Origin: the human T2T-CHM13v2.0 reference genome, Homo sapiens
Assembly (NCBI RefSeq): GCF_009914755.1
Contig: NC_060934.1
Reading direction: 5' to 3' (one strand)
DNA: 64,000 nucleotides
Positions 63,701 through 64,000 of the stretch are shown here, one piece after another (within the stretch, counting starts at the first letter, position 1; the number at the start of each line of letters is the position of its first letter). The notes beneath the pieces were generated by a model. That model did not search any database and was not told the DNA's origin. It was given only the letters and a program-made list of their open reading frames with translations. The position numbers and the translations under genes were made by a program.

Positions 63701-64000
63701 CATAGAGCAGTTTGGAAACACTCTGTTTGTAAAGCCTGCAAGTGCTTTTTTGGACTTCATTGAGGCCTTCGTTGGAAACGGGATTTCTTCATACAACGCT
63801 AGACAGAAGAATTCTCAGTAACTTCTTTGTGTTGTGTGTATTCAACTCACAGAGTTGAACCTTTCTTTAGAGAGAGCAGAGTTGAAACACTCTGTTTTTG
63901 GAATTTGCAAGTGCAGATTTCAAGCGCTGCTAGGCCTATGGCAGAAAAGGAAATATCTTCGTATAAAAACTACACAGAATCATTCTCAACAACTACTTTG

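Larger units (their letters stand above)
1..64000 (+). repeat. Centromeric alpha-satellite higher-order-repeat array, SF1 (dimeric) type; probably human chromosome 10 D10Z1
   Basis: Continuous ~170-bp tandem monomers with alphoid hallmarks (TTCAACTCACAGAG, GAGCAGTTTGGAAACACTC, GAATCATTCTCAGAAAC). CENP-B box CTTCGTTGGAAACGGGA and EcoRI GAATTC recur every 338-340 bp. The chromosome 10 call is an inference (about 0.7): an 8-mer with one RsaI site (e.g. 470, 4882) and one PstI site (e.g. 1933, 3969), coexisting with 6-mers, fits my recollection of D10Z1. Chromosome 12 D12Z3 is the other SF1 8-mer candidate. Confidence 0.99.
29153..64000 (+). repeat. Right domain: homogeneous array built from A, B, C and a hybrid D/A dimer
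   Basis: Hybrid D/A dimers start at 29832, 33230, 35948, 38326, 41044, 42743, 45461, 47839, 50557, 52596, 55994, 57693, 59052, 60751 and 63469. They are tracked by the minus-strand MYEEIPFP ORF, which occurs only here. All spacings are sums of 340- and 339-bp dimers, so no indels are apparent. Confidence 0.88.

Noticed and set aside
15-63821. About 190 short ORFs of 63-137 aa (MCIQLTELNL..., MMCAFNSQ..., MCCVYSSH..., MYEEIPFP...)
   Set aside because: They are repeated translations of satellite dimers in overlapping frames, mostly from TTG/GTG starts, with no recognisable domain, and they are freely broken by SNPs and indels. They are useful only as positional markers.
1-64000. CRISPR-like appearance of short conserved motifs at regular spacing
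   Set aside because: The intervening sequence is itself repeated rather than unique spacers, the period is ~170/340 bp, and there are no cas genes.
1-64000. Possible L1/Alu/LTR insertion, inversion or non-satellite island
   Set aside because: Dimer phase is kept end to end (spacings of 336-340 bp). I saw no poly(A) tail, target-site duplication or reverse-strand CENP-B box (TCCCGTTTCCAACGAAG) on reading through.
29153-64000. Calling the right domain the kinetochore/CENP-A site
   Set aside because: Homogeneity and intact boxes are compatible with this, but kinetochore position is epigenetic and cannot be read from sequence.
1-64000. Assignment to other alphoid families (chromosome 1/5/19 dimer array, SF2, pentameric SF3, monomeric alpha satellite)
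   Set aside because: Strict alternate-monomer boxes with 340-bp EcoRI periodicity and four distinct dimer types fit an SF1 8-mer. Chromosome 12 D12Z3 cannot be fully excluded without an alignment to reference HOR consensus sequences.

Overview
All 64 kb is one uninterrupted, single-orientation array of primate (human-type) centromeric alpha satellite, about 377 monomers of ~170 bp. The monomers form ~340-bp dimers with a CENP-B box in every second monomer and an EcoRI site at most dimer starts, the signature of suprachromosomal family 1 (SF1). Four dimer types recur, which I label A, B, C and D. They build a 1357-bp 8-mer higher-order repeat (HOR) plus many 6-, 10-, 12-, 14- and 16-mer variants. 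The best match is the chromosome 10 array D10Z1, recognised from memory rather than by search. I found no genes, RNA genes, transposon insertions, inversions or CRISPR array; the ORF track is a by-product of the repeat. The interesting signal is internal architecture. A sharp boundary at ~28.8-30.1 kb separates a heterogeneous left domain (canonical D dimer, indels, at least 18 core-mutated CENP-B boxes) from a homogeneous right domain (hybrid D/A dimer, no core-mutated box seen). Nested tandem duplications of 2038, 3398 and 9513 bp have mappable junctions. I see no evidence of a previously undescribed gene system. Coordinates and counts were read by eye and may be off by a few bases.
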